DNA of 64,000 bases from Caecitellus pseudoparvulus (Eukaryota > Protista > Bigyra: Bicosoecida). The position numbers and the translations under genes were made by a program. The notes beneath the pieces were generated by a model. The model was not told the origin of the DNA. It saw only the letters and a list, made by a program, of their open reading frames with translations, and did not search any database. The stretch lies in assembly GCA_965644315.1 (NCBI GenBank), contig CBFFRQ010000013.1:186001-250000 (forward strand), given 5' to 3'. Shown piece by piece: positions 25,207-37,800 of the stretch. Position 1 is the first letter of the stretch, and each line of letters starts with the position of its first letter.

Positions 25207-25874
25207 GACACCATGGACGCCCCCAAGCAGGCACAGGAGTGGTAAATGCATTGTACAGTCAAGCTGCGTCCCCGAGAGGCAACACCAGCCTGCATGCTCA
25301 GTACTCGAGCATCTGCCAGTGCTTGTGGGCTGGCTCGCGGACATCAGCCACGGGAGGGATGAGCCAGGGAGGGGGAAGGGAGGAGGGGGGGCAGCGAGGG
25401 TGCGCACTGTAGGCAGGCAATGGGAGCAGGGCACTTCAGTCAGGCACGGGAAAAATGGCGTGACACACAATGCGGAAATTGGCCATCAGAAACAAACCAG
25501 CACAGCTTGCCGTCGTCATCTGGCAAGCGCCCCTGCACGACGCCACACTCAGCAGCCTTCTCCAATAGCATCACTGCCCAGGATTGGCTGGACTCAGACT
25601 TGGCTAAACGTCTTCACAGCTCAGGACGCCGGCAGGCGAAGTCTCGCACACACTGGCGCCGCTGGCTTACGTGTATCGGCAGGGACAGGGCGCTGCCTCG
25701 CCATGCACACACGGCGAGGCGAGGCAGCACACAAACAAGCTGTGCAAAAAACACGACACACAAACAAAACAAATGTGTCGCACGAAGGCCCTCTCTACCG
25801 CAGGGCCCGCACTCACAGGCTTCCAGACCAAGCTTTGACAGGCGAGCTGAGGCCAACAGGAGCCGCGGACAACC

Positions 25875-27345
25875 ATGGCTGCTTCCGTGCCCCCACGGCG
25901 CAGAGGGAAGAAAAAAGGCCTTGGCCTGAAGCTGGATGTGCAGCCAGCTATCGCTGAGGACGAAAGTGCCGTGCCTGCCGACATTCCGTCCACATCATTG
26001 GCATCGCTAGCTGCTGCAGGTGAGCCTTCGCGTAGCGCAGGCTGTACTTGCCAGGCCGTCCTGCAGGGCACTCCTTGTGAACGCCGTGCTCGCAGGTCAA
26101 CTAGATGAGGTGAAGATCGGGAGCACCACCTTCAAAGCAGGTGATCTGAAGGTAGATCGCAGCGGTGGGTGCCTTCCAACCGGCCTGTCGCAGCGACGCC
26201 ATGCACCACCGTTTCCGGCACCAAGCAGGCCTGCACATTGGAGCTGATGATGCCAAAGACAACGTCTTGTTCGAAGATTTGGAGGAAATTCGTACCATTG
26301 GGAGTGGAGCCAGCTCCACGGTCAAGTTGGCCAAGCACAAACACACAGGTGCGAGCAGCTTGACACAGCTGGCTCGCTTGCGGCTGGGTGCACCTGCAGC
26401 CTGCCCCGCGCGCTGCACAGGCGTGTACTACGCCCTGAAGTGCATTGGCTTGTACATGAAAGACATGCGCTCCATGCTGCTTACCGAGCTTCGCACGCTG
26501 TTTCAGTCTGACTGTGACGCGCTCGTCTCATTTCACGGAGCCACGTACCGGGAGGGGCAAGTTGCCGTTGTGCTCGAGTACTTGAACCTGGGCGGGCTGG
26601 AAGGCATCATGGCGAAGGCAGGTCCAATTCCTGAGCATGTCCTCGCATGCATGGCGTACCAGGTGCTGTGGGCGCTGGGGTACCTTGCGTACGAACGCCG
26701 CATCCACCGTGACATCAAGCCTGCGAACATCCTCGTGGACACCTCCGGCAACGTGAAGCTGACCGACTTTGGCATCAGCAGGGAGATGCAGACCGCCATG
26801 CTGGCCAAAACCTTTGTCGGCACATTCAAGTACATGGCCCCAGAGCGCATTGTGAGTGCACACGCAGCGTCCGGCGGCGGTGCTCGCTCGCCAGCTCAGC
26901 CACACGTCGCCTCGCACCCTCACAGAGCGGAATGGAGTACGACTATGCCAGCGATCTTTGGTCTTTTGGCTTGGTGATCTTGGAGGCTGCCCTGGGCCAC
27001 TACCCGTATCCGGAGAGCAAGAGCACTGTGGGCTATGTCAGTATCGTGGCGGATGGGGAGGTGCCGGGGGTGCCGGAGGATGGCTCGTTCACGCCACAGT
27101 TCAAGGAGTTCATTGAGGGCGTGCTGGTGAAGGACCCCAAGAAGCGCCTGACCCCCGCCCAGTTGCTGGATAGTGAGTGGATGCTGCGCCATGGCTGCGA
27201 CTCCCTGGAAGGCTGTGCTGAGGTGGTGGCGGGCTGGCTGGCTGAGAAGGGCTTCAAGTCGGACATCCCAACAGCCGCGGAGATTGCCGCGGAGGGCAAA
27301 GACTCAGACCCAAGCGACGCGGCTGGAAGCGAGTCCAAAAAATAA
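25875..27345 (+). CDS. MAP kinase kinase (STE7 family)
   Basis: N-terminal D-site RRRGKKKGLGLKL, IGSGASSTVK, HRDIKPANIL and activation loop TAMLAKTFVGTFKYMAPERI (T-X5-T). Introns 26020-26095, 26165-26228, 26349-26420, 26852-26925. Confidence 0.9.
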
Positions 27346-27456
27346 AACCCCGTGAATTCAATCAATCCCCTCGTACTCCCCGCACGTCCTTGCCTGCACC
27401 CCCTTCCTCGCGACCACTCCTCATCAGTCGGCGTCGCACACTTGCAGCGTGGCGAG

Positions 27457-29619
27457 ATGGCGAGGAAGGCCGGGGGCACGCAGGCCCCGCCAAGGCAAGT
27501 GGCAGTGGAAGAAACTCGTGGTGTAGCTTCAAGCCCTGCAGCACCTGCGTGAGTGCCACTGCACGCAGGGAAGCTGTGAAGGCTCCTGCACTGCACATGA
27601 AACGCCACGTGCAGAAGCGGAGGATTTCCGGGCCTGCGGGGGGCCCGAGCTTCCCCACTGCCGGCACGCACGCAAGCCTTCCAGCAGAATACCTCCCAGC
27701 GAGAAGACACCCCGGAATGGGCCCCAGCATCTTCAGGAGCCTCCCTCGCGAAACTCAGCCAGACACAGCAACAGCAGCAACCACAGTACACGGAGTTTGG
27801 CTCGCCCCAGGTGGCACAGCAACAAAGCCTCCCCTCTATCTTTGCCGCTCAGCAGGCTCCTCCGTTCCGAAGCGAACGTGGCCCGGTGCAGGTCTCCTCG
27901 TACGCTGCTGAGGACGTGCCCAGGCTGGCAGGCGACCCGACGCCCGGGTCCACGGCGGGCTCCTCCTCGACTGGCTCCTCCATGGGCTCAGGCGGGCTTC
28001 CCCCGGTGGCTTCTCGGCGCCAGCGCAATCTTGGAGATGAGGAAGTGCTCCCACCTGCAGCCATGAGGCTGGCACGCGTGCCATGGGACCGTCTGTCTGA
28101 TATTCAAGTGTTTGGGAGGGGCAGCTTTGGCGTGCTGTACCGCGGCACGTGGCGAGGCACCGACGTGGCGGTTAAGGTGCCGGCAGCGACCAACATGATG
28201 TTCGCTGTGCCTGGAGCAGCCATTCGTGGCGAAGCTGCTTCATTCGCTTCCGAAGCTGAGCGTGAGCTGCTGGCAGAGGCCAACACCATGGCTGGCGTGC
28301 CAGCCCACCCACGTGTGCTGAGCTTGTTGGGGACAACACAGGAGCCAGCGGGTCTCATCTTCCCTTTCGTGGAGCGAGGCTCAGCGCAAGACGTGTTCAT
28401 GGTGAAGCCCCTGCAGCCGACCCCTGCGCGCACTGACCTGGAGTGGTCCACGGCGGTGAACTTCCTGCTGGAAGCTGCTGCGGGGGTGCTGCATTTGCAC
28501 AAAGAGGGCATCATCCACCGGGACCTGGCTGCGCGGAACATCCTTGTAGACTCACAGTACCATGCCCTCGTGTCTGACTTCGGCCTTGCTCGAGTGAAGG
28601 ACGCCAGCCGGGGCGGCACAATGGGCAGCGTCGCGTGGGGCAGCGGGGGGGGGACCATGACGCACCTCGGCCCCGTCAAGTACGAAGCACCAGAGTGCCT
28701 GGCGGTTCTGGATGCCGGGGTCGACATGAAGCCCTTTTCTCCAGCCACAGATGTCTACGCCTTTGGCGTCGCCATGTACGAAGTGGCCACCGGCATGGAG
28801 CCTTGGAGCGGCTACAGCCTCTTCCAGGCATGGACAGCTGTCTCGCAAGGGTACCGCCTGTCCCCCCCTAAGGGTGACCCTGTCGTGGGGGACTTGATGG
28901 TGCGTTGCTGGGCGCCTGACCCGGCCAGCAGGCCCAGCATGCAGGAGGTCGTGGACACCCTCTCCCAGCACCTTAAGAGTGGAGCTGTGCCTTCAGGGCG
29001 CATTGCAGACGTCATGCAGGACGCCCAGCGCTTCGTCCCCCCACCCCGGCCTGCTATCAAAGGCAAAGGCGCACCGGTGATGCCTCAGTTCTTGGCGCCG
29101 CCCAAAGCGGACATCAGCCCCCTGTACGTGGAGGTGCTGCAAGAAGGGGCACCATTCAGCCCAACTACGTCTCCCAAGCGCGAGCAAGAGGACTTGCCTT
29201 CCGTCTTGGACTTGAAGGGCGACGAAGAAGACTCGGAAGGCGCCTCATATTCGGACTCAGCAGGTGACGGAGAGGAGGAAATTGAGGTGGATCAGCGCAA
29301 CGCTGATGACGCGCTGCCTCCCATGGACTTCCTTGCTGGTGCAGACCTCAAGGCGCGCATCAGCGACACGGGCTCGGGATCAGATGCCTCTGTGGACTTG
29401 GAACCCGAGCAATTGGTGGCACCGGCCTCCGTGCGACCAACGAAGACCAGCAAAGCCGCGCCGCGAAAGCGAGCAGGCAAGAAGAAACAGGCCCCCGCAC
29501 CGCTCGTCGAGGACGTGCAGCCCGAAAAGAGCGCCCATCGGCGAGTGCGCAGTGGGAAGACTGGGCTGTCGCTTCCCCGCTCGGCTCCAAAGTCGAAGTC
29601 GCGCGCCTATCGCCGTTAA
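27457..29619 (+). CDS. TK/TKL-group protein kinase with tyrosine-kinase-type catalytic loop
   Basis: GRGSFGVLYRGTWRGTDVAVK, HRDLAARN, DFGLAR and GPVKYEAPE. First exon 27457-27548 joined via intron 27549-27614. Confidence 0.85.
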
Positions 29620-29665
29620 GGGAGACATGCATACATGAATTGCCACGGCAGGTAGCCTTCACGTT

Positions 29666-30888
29666 TCACAGCTTGGCCACCCCGATGCCCCCACCCTGGC
29701 CCGCAACGTCCTGAGCTTCTTTTGGCAACCACACGTTCAAGACTCCACCGTCGCCACCTGGCAACAGGACCCAGCGGGCGCTCTGGTACGCTGGAGTGTC
29801 GTCTGCAAGGCGCAGGGGCTGTGCCTCCCCACTCGCAAGGAAGGGCTCTGCTGCCGCTTTCGCAGCAATGCCACCCTCAGTGATGCTTGCCAGCAACACT
29901 GCCACTGCAGTCCGATATGCTCGGGGTGCCTTGCGCAAGTGCGTCACGTGTGGAGATTCTTGCAGCTTGACTGCGTGCACTGGCACGCCGGCTGCCCGAC
30001 GTTGAGGCAGCAATGCATCTAAGTAGCCACTGTCAGTCAGATCGTCGCTGTCACTGTAGATGTACAACTGCGGTGCTTGTGTGGGTGCATGCACGAAGGC
30101 ATCCCAGAATTGCTGTGGCACTGTCGGGTCGCAACACGTGACCAGAAACCCAAGGAGGGCATTCAGCGATGCCTCTGCCACCCAAGCAACGACCGGGTTC
30201 GGGATGCCCACAGCGAGGGCCCTTCCTGGAGACCCGTCTGTCTTGAGAAACGCTGGGCATGAATCAAACACCCAAGCAGACACCGCCTCCACTGCAGCCA
30301 TGTACAGTCCAGCTTTCTCAGAGAGCGCCCCAGAGCTTGACTTGCCTTCTCGAACGGACGCAAACAGAGAGCTTATCCCTGAGCATCCTCCATTTGAAAA
30401 GGCATGGCACAGGATGGGCGAGCTGCCCGAGTTCTCCTGCGGGAAGGGACAGTCATTCGCGTGCAGTGCCACGTCACGAGTTATACTCCGCAACTGTGCA
30501 CTCGCCTGTGCCAGCCCAATGGCGTGCACCACCATCTCTGCGTTGCGACTCCAGAACAGAAAACAGTCTCTGTGTGAATCCACAAGTAGAAGGGGTGCTG
30601 CTCGCAGCTTGTGGCACCTTGGAGCAGCAGCTCTGTCGGGGTCCCCAAGTAAACAATTTCCGCACTCGCCCGCACGCACAGTTCAGCGCCAATCACGCGC
30701 ACACTGGACACGCCCATCTCCTCATACATGTCGGCATACTTTGCCAGATGTCTATCCTTGGCTCCCAGCCACCCAAGCAACACCACTGTCGCCACTGCAC
30801 CCTCAACACGTCGAACATGAAAGCAACGCCCAGCGGCATCAGTGTGCCGCTCCTCCTCAGACCGCCCATTCGCTCTTGCTGATGCCAT
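29666..30888 (-). CDS. TMEM53/DUF829 alpha/beta-hydrolase-fold protein
   Basis: VVLLGWLGAKDRHLAKYADMY, HAFSNGG, VFDSCP, QLYIYSDSDDL and SPHVTH. Intron 30570-30679. Confidence 0.85.
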
Positions 30889-31276
30889 GCTGAGAAGCAA
30901 GGAAGCGCATGCGCTGCGTTGTGAACTACCGATTCATGACACTTTAAGAAGGAGGGGGTGTTTATTTTTTCATTCTTATTGTGCATGGGCAGGGAAACTG
31001 AAAAAGCGGAGGGCTTCCTCCTCTAACGGGATCCACGGTGGAGAAGTTTACCAGTCTTCATCAGCTGACTTGCGCTCCGACGTCCCGACGGACGAGCTGC
31101 ACAATTGCTCAAGCATTGCAACTTTCCAAAGCCCCACGTGCCCGACGTACCGCTTGCGCATTTTCTGCATTCTGCGTCTGCCGTGGGCCACGTTTGAGAG
31201 CCTGCACACGCGGTGCGACGTCTGCGCGGCACAGCACCAGCGCGAGTGCCTGGCAGCTCCTCCAAGCGAACGAACC

Positions 31277-31747
31277 ATGCCTCAAATCGGCCCGCGGGGT
31301 TTCCGGTTCTCGCATCTGTCGAAAGACCACCAGAAGACGGTGCAGTGGTGGATGCGATCCTCAGGAGCAACTATTGATGATGAGCGATGTGGCGGGGAGG
31401 TGGCGTCCTTTGCTGCTTGCGTCGAGAACCACCACTACGACTTGGCCATGTGCAAGCCCGAGATCCGGGCACTGAAGACCTGCACAGCTCACATGGAAGC
31501 AGACATGGTGCGTGCACTGCACCCACCTCCTTAGCCTCCGTGCTGCGATGTGCGGGCACTTCCGCTGGTGTTTCGGTGTCAATTTCCGCACGATCCCTCC
31601 ACATGCCCACCTCAGAACTCAAAGCGCAACGTCGAGCGAGCTGTGGCTGGTGTGCGCCAAGACATGCGCCGTGTGATGTTGAACAAGCTCAAGACACACC
31701 CTCTGACGTGGGTCCGCCGCAGCCCCCTCAAGAAGCTCATCAGGTGA
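31277..31747 (+). CDS. Small twin-CX9C (CHCH) protein, possibly mitoribosomal mS37/CHCHD1-like
   Basis: CGGEVASFAAC and CKPEIRALKTC motifs with basic termini. Intron 31508-31615. Confidence 0.7.
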
Positions 31748-32014
31748 AGCGCCTAGTCTGACCAGCCTGGCCAAGCGAGGCGGCAACACACTGTAATGTT
31801 CGCACGATCTCCTGGCTCCGGCACACAATGCAAACTGCTCACTCCATAGCTCTGGTCTTGCTCGGCTCAGTACATGCGCAGCGCGTGTGTGGACGCAGAC
31901 AGTTCCCCGGCGCGACCAGAATTCAGCACCACGAAGGTCTTGCTGTTGCTCCATGCCTGCCGCTGCCTACAGTGTGTTCTGTGTGTTGTGGGAACTTGCT
32001 GCTTGAAGTTCGCC

Positions 32015-33422
32015 ATGGCAGACGTGGAGTGGTATTCGCAAGCAGGCTTGTCAGACGAGGCGCAAGGGGAGCTGGACTTCCTCTCCGCCACCTTCCCAGA
32101 GCTGCAATGGTGCAGTGACAGCAACACCGCCAGGCTATCTGTGCCCGCTAGAGAAGGGGCCAGCGGGGCAGCTGCAGCCGTAGCTGCCGACCTGGAGCTT
32201 CGTGTGCCTGAGGCATACCCTTCCGAACCAGTGCAGGTGGCCGTGCCTCGGGGACGGGGGGGTTTGGACGCTGCAGCCTTGTCCAAGCAACTGCACACCA
32301 TTGCACAGGCTGCAGCAGATGCATGTGAGCCGTGCCTTTTTCAGATTGTGGAAGATGCGCGCGATGCCATGGGGGAGCTCGTGAAACAAGGAGGTGTGTG
32401 ACGGCCGCAGCGTGGCAAAGTCCGCACACGGTAACGCCATTCGCTGCCCTCGCGCAGTCAAGTGCGAGATTTGCTTTGAAGATGTCTCAGCCCCAGATGC
32501 ATTTGTTACTGCCACATGCCTGCACTCCTTCCACAAGGCCTGCTTTGGGCGTTGGGTGCAGGAGTATGACGCTTCCCAGCTGGCCAGCGCAGCTGCCCAG
32601 CAGGAAAGGGACGCAGCCGCGGCGACAGTGCACGCGGCACAGGAGAGAGAAAAAGCGGCACTGGAAAGCCTCCAAGATGCTCAAGGATTGGAAGCCGCCG
32701 CTGCGGCTCGGCTAGCTTCCCTGCAGGCCCTACAGGGCGAGCTTCGCAGCTCCCCTTCTGCAGCAGCGGCTTGGTTGGAGGCTCAAACCACAGGCCTTGG
32801 GGCTGGCGCGGCAGCTGAGACGGTACGGGCGCCCATCGGACCAGACCTCATGACTCTATGCCGTCCCTTTGCCACAGCCCCTACCGCAGAGACGCGCACG
32901 CGGCGGGGCCGTAGCGGGGCAAGTGGCAGAGCAGAATTGCCAGAGCTGGTTGCCGCCGCAGCGGAGGCGCTGAGAGCTCAGGATGCGGGCGCAACCGCGC
33001 GCAGCATGCTGGCAACCTTGAAGAATCGACTGGGAAGCGCCAAGACAGCAGCTGCAGCTGCGACAGCGGCCACAGCCAAGCACACTGCCAGACATGCAGC
33101 TGCGCATGGCGCGTTGGAGGCGGCCACGTTGGCCACGGCCGGCGCAGGGCAACGCGACAAAGACACACCCTGCGCCGTGTGCAGGACTCTGGTGCCAGCA
33201 AGCGAGGTCGCTGACTGGCTGGAGGTGCAACCCACTGGGACCGCAGCTGCCACAGCTCCTGCGGGCACAGGCGCGGAGGAGCAGGTGGAATGGGACGCCT
33301 GCACCGCGGCGTACCTGGCCAAGATACGGCAGCAGCACATCCAAGGCCTGCGGCGGCAGCACGCCGTGGGAGGTCTGCTGCCAGAAGCCGAGGAGCTGCT
33401 TGGTGACCTCCTTGCAGGGTAG
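32015..33422 (+). CDS. RNF25: RWD + RING-H2 E3 ligase, RNF25/AO7-like
   Basis: RWD domain (QGELDFLSATFP, PEAYPSEP, CLFQIVE), RING CEIC..CLHSFHKAC..CAVC and C-terminal RRQHAVGGLL similar to the RNF25 RQQERGGII motif. Intron 32394-32457. Confidence 0.75.
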
Positions 33423-33447
33423 ACGTGCTGCCGAGGGCGCCATGCCA

Positions 33448-34744
33448 TCACTGCACAAAGGACAGGTCTCCCGAGCGCAGCACGCGTGCGCCGGCCTCAG
33501 GGGCCTGCAGGTCATCTGCCACGCTGACAACTGGCGGGTCAAGGCCGACAGATGCACAGTACTTGTCATCCCAAAATCGACTCAAGTGGCGCGAGCCATG
33601 ATCGCACAAGAGAGTGACAAGGGTTGAGCCGGGTGGCAGCCTGCGGGCCACCTTGACCACTGCTGCGCAGTTCATCGCAGAGGATGAGCCCACGAATAGC
33701 CCCTCTTCCTGCAACAAGTAGCGCGACATGTCCACCGCCTCCTGGTCCGTCACCTTCTCAGCAGAGTCCACAAGCGCATGACTCATGTTGGCTGTGACGC
33801 GATCCAGCCCCACGCCTTCAACAATGGTGTCATACCTGTGCCGCCGCACGCTGCGCTCTGCCTGCTGAGGCGCAAATGCCGTGCCATGTGCAGCCCAATG
33901 GTACAGGCTGCTGCCGGGGGGGTCTGCAAGTGCAACGTGAACTCTTCCGTGCGAGGCCTCTTTCAAGTACTGGCTCACTCCAGCAATGGTTCCGCCGGTC
34001 CCTGCTCCTGCAACGAATGCATCCAACTTCCCCTCATCAGTTTGGGTCCAGATCTCGGGGCCAGTTGTATCATAGTGCACTGCGACGTTGCTGGGGGTCT
34101 CAAACTGGTCCGCAAACACAGCGTCCGGGTCACCCTCTGCCGCCCGCCGTGCGAGGTTCACGTAGTGTTGCGGGCTGACAATGGAGACATTGGGGACCTG
34201 CGTGATGCTGGCGCCAACTCGACGGAGGAGTCCCACTTTGCTCGCCGCAGTGTCATCTGGAAGCCACACCCGCGTCGCAGCCCCCAACGCCCGCCCAATC
34301 AGCGCAAAGCTGATGCCAGTCGAGCCAGAGGTTCCCTCATACACGCGTTGGGGAGCCTTTCGGCCCTCGGGAGCTGCATCTTGCAGGACTCGAAGGGCTA
34401 CTCGATCTTTGCTGGATCCACCTGGGTTAGCAGACTCCATTTTCGCCTGCATTTCCGAGAGCTTGGAGAAATATGGGAGGGAGTTTGTTTCCCAATTTCC
34501 GCACATCACCCACGAGAATTGTTCGCCCAGTTGCTCGAGACAGGCACTCGATTTCCACCATTGGCGTATTTCCAATCAGCTCAGTCCAGCTCCCAACCCT
34601 CCTAGCAAGGGATTGGGGCGCCTTTCCCCTGGAAAGGGCAAACACTGCGGCTGCACCAACGACTGCGCCAGCCAACGCCGCTGGCACGGCAATCCTCCAC
34701 ACCCATGAGCCCTCTGGAGGTGAAGGTGCCTTCGCAGCTGCCAT
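33448..34744 (-). CDS. Cysteine synthase-like PLP enzyme with N-terminal membrane anchor
   Basis: LIGNTPMVEI, AKMESANPGGSSKDRVA (PLP Lys), EGTSGSTG, GAGTGGT and EGLFVGSSS. Hydrophobic N-terminal helix. Intron 34447-34513. Confidence 0.9.
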
Positions 34745-34860
34745 GGTTTAAAGTACTTGCGTTGTGTGGCTGGCTGGATCTCCGATTACGTTTCGCTTCA
34801 GATTTGTCACTGGCTCGCTGGTAATGACTGGCCTGGTTTGCCTGCATTGGCGCGTGCTCA

Positions 34861-37800
34861 TCATTCCCCCACGTTCTGCTTCAGGCTGTTTATGGCAGAC
34901 CTGATCATGTTCGCGACCACTGGAGATCGCCTCACTGCATCGCCTGGCAGCATGAGCAGCATGCCCATGGCCCTGGCTAGGTCAGAGTCAACCTGTGCGA
35001 TGGTCGGCCGGTACACAACCGCATAAAAGAAGAACAATGCTACGCACACCGTCGCAGTGACTGCATCTAGGGTGCTCGTGAGCGAGGATGTTGCCTTGGA
35101 CAAGTACGAGACATACTGGTCTGAGCCCCGCTCGAGACCCTCCACGAGCTGCTGCAGGGAGCCATCGTGCAAGAAAGACCCAGGTCGCCCTGACAGCAAT
35201 GAGCTGACATTCATCAGTCGCACAGGTTCAGGAAGTTCCACCGTCTTGTTCACCGCGATGATTAGTGTCTCTGCCCATCCGACACAAGCATCCAGCCCCA
35301 TGCTGACTCCCCTCGACAGCAAGCCGTCAAAAGCTGTGAGGCATGCTGAGCGCTCCGATGAGCCATGGCAGCCATCGTTGAGGAACAGCGTGGACACTTC
35401 GTGGGACATGGCTCGCTGCTCATCAACGGCACTGGAAAACTTCGACACTACAGACCAAGTCGTTCCCGGAAGACTGTTGAAGGGGTCTCCGTAGAGGAGC
35501 TGCTGGTTCAGGTGTTGCGCCTGCTCCAAGCTGCTGTGGGCAGATGCCGCGTACGCATTCACTTCAACGACACCGGGCAGTTGCCACGGTTGACCAACCA
35601 GAGCATCAAGTGTGCTCTTGGCTGGGAAAGCCACGGAGTGCAGCGACCTGGAGAGGCTTTGAACCAAGCTTGTGCGAGCTTCCGCTTTCGCAACTTGCAC
35701 GTGCACGCTGCGAATATTGTCCATAAACACGCGCTGGAACGCATACACTCCCGCAAGGTACGTGAGTAAGACTAGAATTGGTGCTGAGAAGCGCACCATG
35801 AGCTTCAAGAATACCTGCAAGCTTTTCGTATGGTGACGCGCCTCCCCAGCGTGCCCACTCCACAGCGTGCTCTTGCCCACGCTGGAGGGCTGCTGCAGAA
35901 GCTCCGCGGCGGAGGGCAAGGCTTCTCCACCCTTAAAGAGCAGCTCCACTTCAACATCGTCCTCGCTTTCTTCGCCTGAATCATCTTCTCGACGCAGCTC
36001 CCGCTGTGCCCGCACCAGTCGACGTGTAGCTTGCAGGTGCACTTGAGTCACGAGCTTCCTTGGCAGGAATAAGAACGTCTTCAAAACACTGTCCTTTGCC
36101 TCCTCAATGCTTCGAATGGTGGGAGCGATCAAACTCACCATCAGAATGTCGAAGACGAGGGCACAGCACAGTACAGCTGCTGCGGGAGTTGCTTCTAGGA
36201 AGCTCATCCGCGCATCTGCCGCATTCAGCGCGACTGCGGTTGTGTTCAGCGCGTTTTCCACAGACTCAGCACTGTGAATGAGGGTGTACAGGCCCTCGAG
36301 AGCTCTCGCATTGGTGGCATTCGTCAGTGGCCGCCACTGTCCAAGGACCGCGGCAGGCCCTGCCTGAACCACTTGTTGTGCGGCTTGCACGATGGCCGCC
36401 GTGGCGCCAAGAGCAGACATCGTCCTGGAAGAGGGCAGCAAAGACACCGCGTCCTGGTCAGGCGTGATTGTGAGGAAGTTCATCTCCACCTTGTCCGCTG
36501 AGTGGTATATTGAACTGTGCTTTCGTGTGCTGAGGCTTTCAGCTTGCTGCGTGTACAGGAAGGCGGATACAGCTTCGAACTCGGCAGCGTGGCGCTTCAA
36601 CGAATCCACCCGCTGCGCAATGCCACGTGTACTGGAACTCAATCCACCGACTGCAATCAAGCTGAGCATGTGCGCGTCGTCCGTCATCGTCATCAGCAGG
36701 CGAAGCCGCTCACCGCTGCTCTGCAGCAGCCCCATCTCTTCCACAACGTTGGCGCCTTCGCCGGCAACGATCGCGGCGGCCACGATGAACGCGCCTGCAG
36801 CGGCCACGAAAATGTAAAAGAATGCCGATCTGAGAAATTTCAGGCGTGGGTCCATGTCTTGGTTTCTCCGGACGAGAAGCCTGCGCAGCGTCTCCACGGA
36901 TGATTTGCGCGAGGTGTGGCTGCTTCCTGCATCGGAATGGTCCGGTGCACCCGCGTCACCTTCCTCACGAGATAGGAGGGCTGCACTTGACAAGGACACA
37001 TTCGATGTTTCTGCGCGCGCAAGTGTGTGCACCTGGGGGTGCGCTTTCTTGTCCTCCCCCACGCCCCCGCGGTCACCTTGGTCACCAGAACTGATAGAGC
37101 CAGGCATGTCGGACTCCACCCCCAACAGCTCGCTCTCGCGTGCGTCTTCTTTCAGGGAAGGCAGCACCGCACCGCTCTTTCTGTCTTCACTTTGCTGGAT
37201 CTTGGAGTCCTGTGCTGCTACGGCACTGCCTGGAGCTGCAGCAGGAGAGATGACGAGGCTGAAGGGGGTGCTTGTGGGGGCTTCCACATCTTGGGTGAGC
37301 TGCTTCGGGGTCTTCGGCACATCCTGCAGGAGGCGGGTTGCTTGCTGCACAGTGGACAGCCGCTTCAATGCCTGTCGGCCACGTGCCGCGGGGCCAGGCT
37401 CCCATTCCAGCAGGTAGTGCACGTCTTCACTTGCACTGGAGGCGATCCTCGTGAGCTTCGCTGACAGCGCTTTCCCGCGCTTCTTGCTGGTGGGGGAGGA
37501 GGGTCCCAGATTCTTGTAGCTGACCACGTGCAAGAGTTTGACTTCTTCATACGCTTGCACGTGAAGCCCACAGTCCCAGTCGGGGGCGCCTGCTCGATAC
37601 TTCAGTTTCTGCGCGACCTCCCCAACGCCCCGCACCAAGTCAGGAAAGAGATTCCCTGCTGGGATTGGGAGCTTATCAAGTACACTCTGTGCGGGTTGTT
37701 GAGCCTCCCCAGCTCGCTGCAGGCCAAGAAGTTGCGCTGAGCGTTCACACACTCCGACAATGGAGATGCTCTGCTGCTCTTCCGAGAGGGCTTGACCCGC

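Noticed and set aside
25207-25874. Possible small gene or ncRNA in the ~670-bp gap
   Set aside because: No coherent exon model. No tRNA cloverleaf or paired C/D boxes seen by eye; a covariance-model search would be needed.
30889-31276. TGATGA on the minus strand near 31060 as a snoRNA box C
   Set aside because: No suitably spaced box D or terminal stem found.
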